64,000 bases of DNA from Bacteroidia bacterium (GTDB taxonomy: Bacteria; Bacteroidota; Bacteroidia; 2-12-FULL-35-15). Positions 25,319 through 36,051 of this stretch are shown piece after piece (position 1 is the first letter of the stretch; each line of letters opens with the position of its first letter). A model generated the notes under the pieces. The model saw only the letters and a program-made list of their open reading frames with translations. It searched no databases and had not been told where the DNA came from. The stretch covers positions 588,502-652,501 of the forward strand of contig JAURXZ010000030.1 of assembly GCA_030654175.1 (NCBI GenBank), in the 5' to 3' direction. A program made the translations under genes and the position numbers.

Positions 25319-27933
25319 TGAACTGGCATCTTCTTCCCCTTTCTGAAATCAGCAAAAAACTAAAAACAAGCCCATCTGGCATTGATAGCACAACCGCTAC
25401 ACAACGTCTCAGCGAATACGGTGAAAATAAAATTGCAGAAAAAAAGAAGAAAACTCTTTTGCAGAAGTTGCTAAATCAGTTTACTGATTTTATGATTCTC
25501 ATTCTTATTGCAGCTGCTATTATTTCAGGCGTTTTAGGAGATATGACCGATGCAATAATTATTCTTGCCATTGTAATTATTAATGCAGCTGTTGGATTTA
25601 TACAAGAGTACCGTGCGGAAAAAGCGATGGAAGCATTAAAGAAAATGGCTGCAAGTCATGCCCGTATTTTGCGTGATGGAAAAAATATTGAAATCCCTGC
25701 CATTGATTTAGTTCCCGGAGATGTTGTTCGGCTTGAAGCCGGTGATATTATTCCTGCCGACATACGTTTTTTTGAAACTCATAAATTTAAAATTGACGAA
25801 TCGGCACTTACCGGAGAATCACACAATGTAGAAAAAAATCCGGATGAACTTCCGGAAGGAAAATATGCTTTGGGCGACAGAATAAATATGGGATTCAAAG
25901 GGACATTTATTACAAATGGACGCGCCCTTGCCTACGTGGTTGAAACGGGCATGAACACAGAGCTTGGCCACATTGCTAAATTAATTCAAACCGAGGAAAC
26001 TTCCACTCCACTTCAAAAAAGATTGGCTGCTTTTGGTAAAAGATTATCAGTTGTTATACTTATAATTTGCACAGTAATATTTCTTATCGGCTGGTTGAGG
26101 GGTGAAGCTGTTTTAACGATGCTGCTTACTTCCATATCACTTGCTGTTGCTGCCATCCCGGAAGCATTGCCTGCATTGGTAACCATAGCCCTTGCATTTG
26201 GCGCCAAGCGGTTAGTAAAAAGCAACGCGCTCATCCGCAAACTACCTGCCGTTGAAACGCTGGGCTCGGTTACATATATCTGCACAGATAAAACAGGTAC
26301 GCTCACTCTTAATAAGATGACCGTGCAGGAGATCTATGAAACGGGTGATAAAAAGTCGGATTCGGCATTTTCAGAAAGCAATGCTTTGTTAAATGCAATG
26401 GCTTTGAACAACGACCTTTCAAAAGATAAAAATGGTGAATGGCTGGGTGATTCTACAGAAGTGGCTCTGGTTCAATACGCTGCCGGCAAACATTTTGAAA
26501 AAACTGAATTAGAAAAAAAATTTCCAAGGGTTGCTGAATTACCTTTTGATTCCACCCGAAAATGTATGACCACTTTTCATAAAACGGAAAAAGAAATTAT
26601 CGTTATTACAAAAGGTGCGGTGGATGTATTATTTGAGAAACTAACTGATGATCAGAAGGCGCTTATCCCTGAATTGGAAAGCAAAGCAAACGAGATGGCG
26701 ACCAAGGGGTATCGTGTATTGGGATATGCAATGAAAACTATCTCCGCTTTGCCTGAAGAATTGCATACTGATGAAATAGAATCATCATTAACTTTTATTG
26801 GTTTTGCGGGAATGATAGACCCTCCGAGAGAAGAAGCCAAACAAGCAGTAGAAGAATGCAAGCAGGCCGGAATTATTTCAGTAATGATCACAGGAGATCA
26901 CAAACTCACTGCGATGGCAATTGCCAAACAATTAGGGATCATCAGCTCAGAAGAAGATTTGACTTTAACCGGGGCTGAACTTGCGGAACTACCAGAAAAG
27001 GATTTTGAAAAAATTGTCGAAAAAATTCGGGTATATGCAAGGGTAAGTCCTGAGCAGAAATTAAAAATTGTTTGCGCTTTACAAAACAAAAATCAATTTG
27101 TTGCCATGACCGGTGATGGCGTGAATGATGCGCCTGCACTTAAAAATGCCGACATTGGAATTGCGATGGGAATAAATGGAACTGAAGTATCTAAAGAAGC
27201 CTCCCACATGATTTTACTTGATGATAATTTTGCAACTATCGTAATTGCAGTAAAACACGGACGAAGAATATTTGATAATATACTGAAATTCATTAAATAC
27301 ATAATGACTGGAAACTCAGGAGAGATATGGGCAATTTTTTTAGCGCCTTTTTTCGGTTTACCAATACCCTTGTTAGCCATACATATACTTTGGATCAACC
27401 TGGTGACGGATGGGTTGCCCGGACTAGCACTTGCGTCAGAACCCTCAGAGGCAAATATTATGAAACGTCCACCAAGAAATCCCAAGCAAAATATTTTTGC
27501 CGGAGGCATGGCCATCCACATTTTATGGGTAGGTTTTTTAATGGGTATAGTAACACTTGGAATGCAGGCATGGGCAATACAAGATGGAAATTCGCATTGG
27601 CAAACAATGGCTTTTACAGTGCTGTGCTTTAGCCAAATGGGGCATGTGATGGCGGTTCGTTCTGAACGTGAATCTATTTTTAAAATCGGGGTGTTTTCGA
27701 ATAAGCCAATGTTGGGTGCACTGCTATTAACAGTCTCACTTCAGTTGATGATCATTTACACGCCCTTCTTTAATAATATTTTCAAAACTGCACCACTTAC
27801 AATCTATGAATTAGGCATAACCATACTGTTATCAAGCATTGTGTTTTGGGCTGTTGAAATGGAAAAAATGTTAAAAAAAAGAATATTTAATAAAAAGGAA
27901 AAAGAAAACAATCATAAAAATCAAAACAGCTGA
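25318..27933 (+). CDS. P-type cation-transporting ATPase (P2A, Ca2+-type)
   Basis: TGES, AIPEAL, DKTGTLT, TGDGVNDAPAL, LWINLVTDG. Confidence 0.95.
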   Translation: MNWHLLPLSEISKKLKTSPSGIDSTTATQRLSEYGENKIAEKKKKTLLQKLLNQFTDFMILILIAAAIISGVLGDMTDAIIILAIVIINAAVGFIQEYRAEKAMEALKKMAASHARILRDGKNIEIPAIDLVPGDVVRLEAGDIIPADIRFFETHKFKIDESALTGESHNVEKNPDELPEGKYALGDRINMGFKGTFITNGRALAYVVETGMNTELGHIAKLIQTEETSTPLQKRLAAFGKRLSVVILIICTVIFLIGWLRGEAVLTMLLTSISLAVAAIPEALPALVTIALAFGAKRLVKSNALIRKLPAVETLGSVTYICTDKTGTLTLNKMTVQEIYETGDKKSDSAFSESNALLNAMALNNDLSKDKNGEWLGDSTEVALVQYAAGKHFEKTELEKKFPRVAELPFDSTRKCMTTFHKTEKEIIVITKGAVDVLFEKLTDDQKALIPELESKANEMATKGYRVLGYAMKTISALPEELHTDEIESSLTFIGFAGMIDPPREEAKQAVEECKQAGIISVMITGDHKLTAMAIAKQLGIISSEEDLTLTGAELAELPEKDFEKIVEKIRVYARVSPEQKLKIVCALQNKNQFVAMTGDGVNDAPALKNADIGIAMGINGTEVSKEASHMILLDDNFATIVIAVKHGRRIFDNILKFIKYIMTGNSGEIWAIFLAPFFGLPIPLLAIHILWINLVTDGLPGLALASEPSEANIMKRPPRNPKQNIFAGGMAIHILWVGFLMGIVTLGMQAWAIQDGNSHWQTMAFTVLCFSQMGHVMAVRSERESIFKIGVFSNKPMLGALLLTVSLQLMIIYTPFFNNIFKTAPLTIYELGITILLSSIVFWAVEMEKMLKKRIFNKKEKENNHKNQNS

Positions 27934-28103
27934 TTTGGGCTTCACGCATCCTTAATTTAAATTTTGAAATTCAAAATATAAAATTTTATCTTTACCATTA
28001 ATAAACAATGTGAGTGTGATTGCAGATAGGGAGGTGAAACAGCCCACTTCCTCTAAAAAGGCAGGATATCCTCACAACTGTTGACCCAAAACAGAACTAC
28101 TCA

Positions 28104-29267
28104 ATGATCATTACAGGAAAGACCAAAATACTAACCATCATAGGTGCTCGTCCTCAAATTATTAAAGCTGCAGCCCTGAGCCGTGCTATTAAGAATAATT
28201 TTCAAAAGGAGATCCTTGAAGTGATCGTTCATACAGGACAGCATTATGATGAAAACATGTCGAAGGTGTTTTTTGATGAATTACAAATCCCTCACCCTGA
28301 TTATAACCTGAATGTAGGATCGGGAGAGCATGGAAAACAGACAGCTTCAATGATCGTAGGGATTGAAGAGATCCTGCTGAAAGAAAAACCAAACTGTATT
28401 GTATTATATGGTGACACCAATTCAACATTAGCAGGTGCTATAGCGGCATCAAAAATTCTTGTTCCAATAATTCATATCGAGGCTGGTTTGCGGTCTTTTA
28501 ATAAATCAATGCCTGAAGAAATTAACCGTATCATGTGCGATCATGTTTCTACCCTTTTATTCTCACCAACAAGAACAGGATACAATAATTTATTGAAAGA
28601 AGGTTTCATTGAAAATAATCCCCCCCCTTATACGTTCAACAACCCCAAGGTGTACCACTCAGGTGATGTGATGTATGACAACAGTCTTTATTTTTCAACA
28701 CTTGCAGAGCAAAAAACAACGATATTAAATGATAATAATTTACAGGAAAGCAAATTTATTTTAGCCACCATTCATCGCAATAACAATACGGATGAGCCGG
28801 AGAGATTGAATGCTATTTTTAATGTATTGAATAAGATCGCGACAGAACATAAAACAAAAATTGTACTGCCAATCCATCCACGCACATCAAAATTGCTTCA
28901 TAAAAATCTTTCGGGTGAATTGTACAAGACTATTAAAACAAATGAATACATAAAAATAATTCCACCTGTTTCGTTTTTGGAAATGATCGCATTAGAAAAA
29001 AATGCAACCATGATCATTACTGATTCCGGAGGCGTACAAAAGGAGGCCTACTTTTTCAAGAAACCCTGTATTATCCTGCGTTCAGAAACAGAATGGATAG
29101 AACTAGTAAATTGTGGTGCAGCTCGGATCGGTGATGCAGATGAAACAAAAATTCTGGAAGCTTTCAATTATTTTTTAACTGCAGAGGATCTAAAATTTAA
29201 TGATTTGTTTGGCGATGGGAAAGCTGCAGAATTTATTTGCGGGGAGATTTTGAAATACATTAATTAG
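28104..29267 (+). CDS. wecB: UDP-N-acetylglucosamine 2-epimerase (non-hydrolysing)
   Basis: GARPQIIK, HTGQHYD, GDTNS, HIEAGLRS, TDSGGVQKEA. Confidence 0.92.
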   Translation: MIITGKTKILTIIGARPQIIKAAALSRAIKNNFQKEILEVIVHTGQHYDENMSKVFFDELQIPHPDYNLNVGSGEHGKQTASMIVGIEEILLKEKPNCIVLYGDTNSTLAGAIAASKILVPIIHIEAGLRSFNKSMPEEINRIMCDHVSTLLFSPTRTGYNNLLKEGFIENNPPPYTFNNPKVYHSGDVMYDNSLYFSTLAEQKTTILNDNNLQESKFILATIHRNNNTDEPERLNAIFNVLNKIATEHKTKIVLPIHPRTSKLLHKNLSGELYKTIKTNEYIKIIPPVSFLEMIALEKNATMIITDSGGVQKEAYFFKKPCIILRSETEWIELVNCGAARIGDADETKILEAFNYFLTAEDLKFNDLFGDGKAAEFICGEILKYIN

Positions 29268-29317
29268 AACAAGTATAACATTTTAATTCCTTCCTTAGGG
29301 GGAGGTCAGGAGGAACT

Positions 29318-30634
29318 TTGTTGCTTATATACACACATAAAATAACACCACGTAACAAGTATATTTTTAATTTGATTTTTAAAAATATGCTTGGCATCGA
29401 CTTTAAACTAACCATCGATGCCGGGTTTTTCAAAAAACATGAAGGGCCCAAACTAAGCTACACTAATGCCCCCCTGGAGGAGGAGTTGTTTTTTACTTCA
29501 CGCGGTTTATTATTTGAAACAGGTATTGCCGAACAGCACATTTCAGTTTTCGACCACAACAGCAATAAAGTATTTTTTGCAACCGGCAAAGCTTCGGCCC
29601 TGCCTTTTGATGTGTTTGCCGCAAGCTTTTATTTAGTGAGCCGTTACGAAGAATATTTACCTCACATACGTGATGTTCACGATCGTTTCTCGGCAGAAGA
29701 CAGTCTCGCTTTTACGAATGGCTTTTTGCAAAAACCGGTTGTAAACATATGGACACAATGGATCAGAGATCTGATTCAAAAAAAATACCCTACACTGATC
29801 TTCAACGAAAAAAAATACGAATTCATTTCCACTATTGACATTGATAACGCCTATGCTTTCCGCGAAAAAGGCTTTACCAGGAGCGTTGGGGGTTATTTAA
29901 AATCTGCGATCAAATTAGATGTTGCTGAAATTATGGATCGTACCCGTGTATTACTTGGCTTAAAAAAAGATCCTTACGATACTTACGAATTCCAACTTGA
30001 AATGATCAAGAAGTATAAATTCAAGAGCATTTATTTTTTTCTGTTGGGAGATTATGGAGTGAATGATAAAAACTTACCCATCGAAAGCAAAAAATTCCAA
30101 TCCCTCATCAAGATGCTTGATGATTATGCGCAAATAGCTATTCATCCATCTTACGGATCAAACAAAAGCAAAGAACAATTAAAAAAGGAAGTGGAACGTT
30201 TATCAAAAGTGGTCCACCGTGAAATAACAAAAAGCCGACAACACTTTTTAAAATTAACATTACCTGAAACATACCGCAACTTAATTGATCTGGATATCAC
30301 AGATGATTATACAATGGGCTTTGCATCACAAGTAGGTTTTAGAGCAAGTATCTGTAGTCCATTCAATTTTTACGATCTGGATATGGAATTGGAAACCAAC
30401 TTAAAAATTCATCCTTTTGCAGTGATGGAAGGCACCTTAAAATATTATATGAACGTGCACCGGGAAGATGCGATGCAAAAAATAAAACCGTTGATCGATG
30501 AAGTGAAAGCGGTAAATGGAGAGTTTATTAGTCTTTGGCATAACGACACGCTGAGTAATCAAAAATTATGGTTAGGTTGGCAAGCCATTTATGAAGATAT
30601 GGTGAAGTATGCCGTTGAAACGAGAAATAATTAA
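29318..30634 (+). CDS. Polysaccharide deacetylase-family protein
   Basis: LVSRYEEY, TIDID, IAIHPSY, RQHFL, LWHN; TTG start. Confidence 0.8.
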   Translation: MLLIYTHKITPRNKYIFNLIFKNMLGIDFKLTIDAGFFKKHEGPKLSYTNAPLEEELFFTSRGLLFETGIAEQHISVFDHNSNKVFFATGKASALPFDVFAASFYLVSRYEEYLPHIRDVHDRFSAEDSLAFTNGFLQKPVVNIWTQWIRDLIQKKYPTLIFNEKKYEFISTIDIDNAYAFREKGFTRSVGGYLKSAIKLDVAEIMDRTRVLLGLKKDPYDTYEFQLEMIKKYKFKSIYFFLLGDYGVNDKNLPIESKKFQSLIKMLDDYAQIAIHPSYGSNKSKEQLKKEVERLSKVVHREITKSRQHFLKLTLPETYRNLIDLDITDDYTMGFASQVGFRASICSPFNFYDLDMELETNLKIHPFAVMEGTLKYYMNVHREDAMQKIKPLIDEVKAVNGEFISLWHNDTLSNQKLWLGWQAIYEDMVKYAVETRNN

Positions 30635-30794
30635 ACAATTATACAGTTTTGCAGTTGGCAATTTAACACCAATAATAATTTTATATTTTTATAATTAAAC
30701 AGTAACAAATTAAACAACCAACATTCATGAAAAATGAATTAATATTTTCAAATTGCCTACTGCAAAATTTCAAAATTGTTCAATTGTCTACACT

Positions 30795-31688
30795 ATGCTA
30801 AAACAATTTGCTTTAAAATATTTTCCGAATTTTCTTTTAGAATGGGCAAAGCAACTGAAAAAAAATCAGCGTAGGAAACAGTTGCAGCAACAACAAGAAA
30901 ATAAATCGGGAATTTCTAAACAAAGATTGATCGAGGATCTTAAAAAGATAGGATTGAAGAATGGTGACTCCGTTTTAGTACATAGCAGTTTGAGTAAAAT
31001 TGGCTTTGTGGATGGAGGACCAAAAACTGTTGTGGATAGTTTATTTGAAGTGATAGGAGAAACCGGAACACTACTTTTCCCAGCCTTCCCTGTAATTGGA
31101 AGAGCGAAGATGCACTTAGAAGAAAATCCTTATTTTAATATTAAAGAAGCACCATCACAAATGGGGAGCATCACTGAATATTTTAGAAAATTAAATAACG
31201 TTCACCGCAGTTTTCATCCTACAGATTCGATGTGCGCAAAAGGCCCACTGGCAGACTATTATACTAATTCGCATTTTGGACAGTTAACTCCTTATACAGA
31301 GAGCTCGCCATTCAGGAAGCTTTGCAGCAAAAAGGGGAAAATACTAATGCTGGGCACCACCTTAAATGGCGCCTGTACTAATTTGCATACCCTGGAAGAT
31401 GCGGTAGATTTTAAATATCCTGTTTATGATGAACGAATTTTTGAAGTAAAAATGATTGATATGGAAGGTAAAGAGTCGCTTATGAAAACCAAAGTCCACA
31501 ATCCTGATTACTCTGCTAAGCGCAATTGTGACGCCCTAAAACCAATGTTTGAACAAGAAGGTGTTATAACAAATGGCATAATTGGTGAAGCCAAAAGTAT
31601 GCTGATAGATGCGGATAAAATGTTGGAAGTGATGATAAAAAATTATAAAGAAAAAGGAGTTACAATGTATACTCCTTGGGGAAGTTGA
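30795..31688 (+). CDS. AAC(3)/Antibiotic_NAT family N-acetyltransferase
   Basis: LVHSSLSKIG, GSITEYFR, RSFHPTDS, TNLHTLE; likely start MLKQF at 30795. Confidence 0.85.
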   Translation: MLKQFALKYFPNFLLEWAKQLKKNQRRKQLQQQQENKSGISKQRLIEDLKKIGLKNGDSVLVHSSLSKIGFVDGGPKTVVDSLFEVIGETGTLLFPAFPVIGRAKMHLEENPYFNIKEAPSQMGSITEYFRKLNNVHRSFHPTDSMCAKGPLADYYTNSHFGQLTPYTESSPFRKLCSKKGKILMLGTTLNGACTNLHTLEDAVDFKYPVYDERIFEVKMIDMEGKESLMKTKVHNPDYSAKRNCDALKPMFEQEGVITNGIIGEAKSMLIDADKMLEVMIKNYKEKGVTMYTPWGS

Positions 31689-31732
31689 TCTGAATATCAC
31701 TCTATGGATAATGTCAATTAGTTAAGGACCTC

Positions 31733-32722
31733 ATGAATATTTATATTACACTCGATTATGAAATTTACTTTGGTGAAAACCATGGTACAGTGGAGAAATG
31801 TATACTATACCCTACTTCTGAATTGATCCGTATTGCCGAAAAACATAATGTCCGGTTTTGCTTTTTTGTTGACTGTGGATTTGTTTTAAAGTTGGATGAA
31901 TTTCGAAAAAAATTTCCTCAACTTGAAAAGGATTACAAGGCAATTACTGAACAAATAAAATATTTATATGATACAGGGCATGATATACAATTGCACATCC
32001 ATCCGCATTGGGAAGACAGCTATTATAATGGAGAACGCTGGATCATTGACGTGAAACGTTATAAATTAGTTGACTTTAATGAGACCGAAATTGCTGACAT
32101 TGTTTATCGGTATAAAAAAGTGTTAACTGATCTGACAGGAAAACAGATTTTTGCATATCGTGCCGGAGGCTGGTGTTTGCAACCATTCAGTAAGCTAAAG
32201 AAGGCATTTAAACAAAATAATATTACATTGGATAGTAGTGTTTTCAGAAATGGATTTTACAGTTCAAAAAATTATAATTACGATTTCAGGGAAGCCCCAG
32301 ATAAAGATATTTACAGGTTTGAGGATGAACCGGAAAAAGAAAATGCAAATGGGTTTTTCACTGAATTGCCCATCAGCGGAATCAGAAATTCACCTTTGTT
32401 TTTTTGGAGATTGTTTTTGTTGGGAAGAAAAAACCCGTATTTACATAAACCGCTGGGTGATGGCAAAGCAATGGCAGCACCCGGCCAACGAAAAAAAATG
32501 CTGACACAATACACAAATTGTACCGTTAGCATAGATGGGTATAATGCTAATTTATTACAAAAAGCCTTGAAAAAATTGCAGAAAAAAAAGTTTGAACAAA
32601 TGGTGGTAATTGGCCACCCTAAAGCCTTGTCGCGATACTCGATCCAAAAACTAGAAGAATTTGTAGTTAAAAATAAAGAAATCAATACTTTTACGACTTT
32701 TACCCAACAGTTTAAAGTATAG
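31733..32722 (+). CDS. Polysaccharide deacetylase-like protein
   Basis: ITLDYE, GHDIQLHIHPHW, YRAGGW, IGHPK. Confidence 0.8.
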   Translation: MNIYITLDYEIYFGENHGTVEKCILYPTSELIRIAEKHNVRFCFFVDCGFVLKLDEFRKKFPQLEKDYKAITEQIKYLYDTGHDIQLHIHPHWEDSYYNGERWIIDVKRYKLVDFNETEIADIVYRYKKVLTDLTGKQIFAYRAGGWCLQPFSKLKKAFKQNNITLDSSVFRNGFYSSKNYNYDFREAPDKDIYRFEDEPEKENANGFFTELPISGIRNSPLFFWRLFLLGRKNPYLHKPLGDGKAMAAPGQRKKMLTQYTNCTVSIDGYNANLLQKALKKLQKKKFEQMVVIGHPKALSRYSIQKLEEFVVKNKEINTFTTFTQQFKV

Positions 32723-32791
32723 TGATCTGAAACATGAGAAATGGACAATTGTTTGTTCTCAGACCTTATGTCTCAAATCACATATCTACCT

Positions 32792-33712
32792 ATGATAAAA
32801 CACATTGAAAATAAAAATATCGATAAAAAAAAGTGGGATGCACTCATTGCCAAAAGTCCTGATTCCTGCATTTTTGTTTATTCCTGGTATTTAGATGTTG
32901 TTTGTGAAAATTGGTCAGCGCTTGTCTTAAATGATTACGAATCAGTATTTCCGCTCGCTTCAAAATCAAAATACAAGATCAACTATTTGTATCAACCGTT
33001 TTTTACTCGCTATTTTGGTGCGTTTTCAATAACGGAGCATACCAATAAATTAACCACGGCTTTTTTAAAAGCTATTCCCGAAAAATACAAATACATTGAA
33101 TTTTGTTTACACGAAACCAATGATTTTGATCTGTCCGGTTATTCAAAAACTGAGCGAAAATATCAATTATTGAATTTAAATGCTCCATATCAGGCATTAT
33201 ATAAAGGATATTCGGAAAATGCAAGGCGTAATATTAAAAAGGCCATTAAAGCCGGATTTGTCATAAAGCGTGATGTTGCCCCTGAAGTTGTGGTTGATCT
33301 TTTTAAATCTACAAAAGGACAAGAGCTTGAAGTATTCAAAGCAAAGGATTATGAAATATTGCTTGAATTAATGCGTTTATTAGTTAAGCAAAACAAAGCG
33401 GAAAGTTCGGCTGTATATGACAAAGAAGGTACACTGTCTGCCGCAGGTTTTTTTATGAAAAGCAACGATCGCTTTATTTTTTTAAAAAGCGGTGTTACGG
33501 ATCACGGTAAGGTGAATGGAGCCATGCATTATTTATTCGACACGTTTATTCAACAATATGCAGGCACAAAAAACAAACTCGATTTTGGAGGCTCATCAGT
33601 TGAAACAGTAGCTCGTTTTTATAAAAATTTTGGGGCAAAAGATTGCGTATATTTACAGCTGAAAAAAAACTCTTTATCACGCATTGTAAAGTGGATAAGT
33701 AAAAAGGCATAA
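32792..33712 (+). CDS. FemAB/GNAT-fold acyl- or aminoacyltransferase-like protein
   Basis: YSWYLD, YQPFF, RRNIKKA, LDFGGS, FYKNFGA; likely start MIKHIEN. Confidence 0.7.
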   Translation: MIKHIENKNIDKKKWDALIAKSPDSCIFVYSWYLDVVCENWSALVLNDYESVFPLASKSKYKINYLYQPFFTRYFGAFSITEHTNKLTTAFLKAIPEKYKYIEFCLHETNDFDLSGYSKTERKYQLLNLNAPYQALYKGYSENARRNIKKAIKAGFVIKRDVAPEVVVDLFKSTKGQELEVFKAKDYEILLELMRLLVKQNKAESSAVYDKEGTLSAAGFFMKSNDRFIFLKSGVTDHGKVNGAMHYLFDTFIQQYAGTKNKLDFGGSSVETVARFYKNFGAKDCVYLQLKKNSLSRIVKWISKKA

Positions 33713-33775
33713 TTTGCTAATCAGTAGTTGATAATGGATAATTTATAACTTTAAATTAATAACTCATAATTTTTT

Positions 33776-34423
33776 ATGGTACACATTGTAGGAAGTCATA
33801 ATTCAGTTTTTAACCAGTATATCGCTGAAATAAGGGATGAAGTTATCCAGAAAGACAGTTTGCGTTTTCGCAAAAACATCGAGCGTATGGGTGAAATTAT
33901 GAGTTACGAGCTGAGTAAAACATTGACCTATGAAACACGTGAAGTAATTACTTCTCTTGGCATTGCTAATGTTTCGATGATAAAAGAGCAGCCTGTAATT
34001 GCAAGTATCTTACGTGCAGGATTGCCATTGCACCAAGGGGTTCTAAATTATTTCGACCGTGCCGAAAATGCTTTTATATCTGCATACCGCAAGCATCACA
34101 AAAACGGAACTTTTGATATTCAATTAGAATATCTTGCCAGCCCGGATCTTAATGATAAGGTATTAATATTATGCGACCCGATGCTTGCTACAGGATCTTC
34201 AATTGTGCTTACCTACAAAGCATTGCTGCTTCGCGGAAAACCAAGACACACCCATATTGTAACGCTTATCGCCAGTGCAGAAGGGGTTGAATATGCAAAG
34301 AAAAACCTTCCGGAAAATGTAACGATCTGGTGTGGTGCTGTTGATGAAGAATTAACCGCAAAATCATACATAGTGCCAGGCTTAGGCGATGCCGGTGATC
34401 TGGCTTATGGAACAAAAATGTAA
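33776..34423 (+). CDS. upp: Uracil phosphoribosyltransferase
   Basis: ILRAGL, DPMLATGSS, YIVPGLGDAGD. Confidence 0.96.
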   Translation: MVHIVGSHNSVFNQYIAEIRDEVIQKDSLRFRKNIERMGEIMSYELSKTLTYETREVITSLGIANVSMIKEQPVIASILRAGLPLHQGVLNYFDRAENAFISAYRKHHKNGTFDIQLEYLASPDLNDKVLILCDPMLATGSSIVLTYKALLLRGKPRHTHIVTLIASAEGVEYAKKNLPENVTIWCGAVDEELTAKSYIVPGLGDAGDLAYGTKM

Positions 34424-34432
34424 TCTAATAAA

Positions 34433-34531
34433 TAGATTTGAGATAAGAGTATTGAGATATGAAGAACCACCGAAATTGATCCATAAAGGCGTGTCTCTCT
34501 TATCTCAATACTAAAGCCTCACATCTCAAAA
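34433..34531. repeat. Short-unit inverted-repeat intergenic element (TGAGAT/ATCTCA units)
   Basis: agtattgagata (34448-34459) pairs with tatctcaatact (34501-34512); related elements at 32723-32788 and 55969-56057. Confidence 0.6.
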
Positions 34532-34541
34532 CTAAAATTTA

Positions 34542-34994
34542 ATGGGATCATTGTTGGAAATATTATCTGTTTTTTTGATGAGTACCGTTAAATTTGTTTT
34601 CGGAGGAGTTCCGCTTGCATTGGGCTTAGGGTTTTCATTTTTCCAGGCTGTTACGGTTACTTCCTTAGGAGGATTTGTAGGTGTTGCCGTTTTTGTAAAT
34701 ACCAGCGACAAGCTTATTGCATACTTAAAAAAACGCAAAATCCTCAAACAACTTGAGAACCCGAATCAGATTCGAAAAAAATCATTTACCCGAACAAATA
34801 AGATCATTATTATTGTGAAGCAACGCTTTGGTTTATTGGGCATTTCCTTATTAACACCATTACTGCTTTCTATTCCTATCGGTTGTTTTTTAGCCGTTCG
34901 TTATTTTAACGACAAACAAAAAATCCTGTTTTATATGTTTGGCTCTATTCTCTTCTGGTCTGTTTCGATCTCCTCTTTTAAACTGCTTTTTTAG
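34542..34994 (+). CDS. Hypothetical inner-membrane protein
   Basis: Several TM segments; FGLLGISLLTPLLLSIPIG. Confidence 0.8.
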   Translation: MGSLLEILSVFLMSTVKFVFGGVPLALGLGFSFFQAVTVTSLGGFVGVAVFVNTSDKLIAYLKKRKILKQLENPNQIRKKSFTRTNKIIIIVKQRFGLLGISLLTPLLLSIPIGCFLAVRYFNDKQKILFYMFGSILFWSVSISSFKLLF

Positions 34995-35689
34995 TGAACG
35001 ATTACAAACACATCTTTTTTGATCTGGACCAAACACTTTGGGACTTTGAAACCAACTCCCGCGAAGCCCTGATAGAGCTTGCACACAAGTATAAATTATC
35101 CGAAAAAGGAATCGATTCAATCGATGAATTCATTGCTCACTACATTCATATTAATAAACGAATGTGGGATGAATACGGTAAAGGAGTGATTGATAAAAAC
35201 ACCTTGCGTTATGATCGTTTTCATGAAGCTCTGAGTAAATATGATATTACAGATAGAGCACTTAGTAAAAGTATTGCAAATGATTATATAACTATTTCCC
35301 CCTTAAAAACCAATATGTTCCCTCACTCCATCGAGGTTTTAAAATATTTAAGTGAAAAATATTCTCTTCATATAATCACTAATGGTTTTGAAGAAGTGCA
35401 GCATATTAAAATTAAAAATTGTGGTATTCAACAGTATTTCGACCAGATAATAACTTCTGAACGGGCTGGTTTTAAAAAACCGGATATTCGTATTTTTCAA
35501 TATTCAATGGATGTGGTTGATGCCAGTGCACTTACAAGTTTAATGATCGGTGATAGTTTAGAGGCCGATATTATTGGTGCCCGGGGAGCCGGCCTTCATC
35601 AGGTATATTTTAATCCTGCTGGAAATATACATGAAGAAGATATTACGTACGAAATTAAAAATCTCAGAGAGTTAATTGATCTATTATAA
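34994..35689 (+). CDS. YjjG-family HAD pyrimidine nucleotidase
   Basis: FFDLDQTLWDF, ITNGF, KKPD, MIGDSLEADI; GTG start. Confidence 0.9.
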   Translation: MNDYKHIFFDLDQTLWDFETNSREALIELAHKYKLSEKGIDSIDEFIAHYIHINKRMWDEYGKGVIDKNTLRYDRFHEALSKYDITDRALSKSIANDYITISPLKTNMFPHSIEVLKYLSEKYSLHIITNGFEEVQHIKIKNCGIQQYFDQIITSERAGFKKPDIRIFQYSMDVVDASALTSLMIGDSLEADIIGARGAGLHQVYFNPAGNIHEEDITYEIKNLRELIDLL

Positions 35690-35805
35690 AATGGGGCTTC
35701 GAAAGAACTTAATTGATAAATGATTGATTTATTAATAACATCACATCGATTTAATAAAATATAAAATTAAACCGCGAAGGGAACATTTCCCCTCACTGAC
35801 AGAAC

Positions 35806-35852
35806 AAAAAGAACGGCTCAAATGTATTTCATGCATTTGAGCCGCTCTTTTT
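35806..35852. terminator. Bidirectional intrinsic terminator-like hairpin
   Basis: aaaaagaacggctcaaatg...catttgagccgctcttttt. Confidence 0.7.
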
Positions 35853-36051
35853 ATACCGGCCACAAGAAATTATATATCTATTTGAGCATTAAAATATCAG
35901 CAGGCAAACAACAATATCCATAAAATGTATCTAAATTTGTATTTGTAAAAACGAATCGAAAAAATTGAGAAGGCCCTCAATATGTTTTTTAAATATTTAT
36001 CAATAAAAATGAATGTAAAAGGCCTATTCATACAAAACAAAATTCAATAAA

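Noticed and set aside
29287-29315. GC-rich tccttccttagggggaggtcaggagga patch before the deacetylase gene
   Set aside because: Looks like a REP-like remnant but is single-copy here; not enough support for a call.
30795-31688. Acquired aminoglycoside resistance gene
   Set aside because: No mobile context; embedded in a chromosomal glycan-modification cluster; family membership does not imply resistance.
35773-35793. cgcgaaggga match to the att core as a secondary att site
   Set aside because: Only 10 bp, with no integrase or arm sites nearby; compatible with chance.
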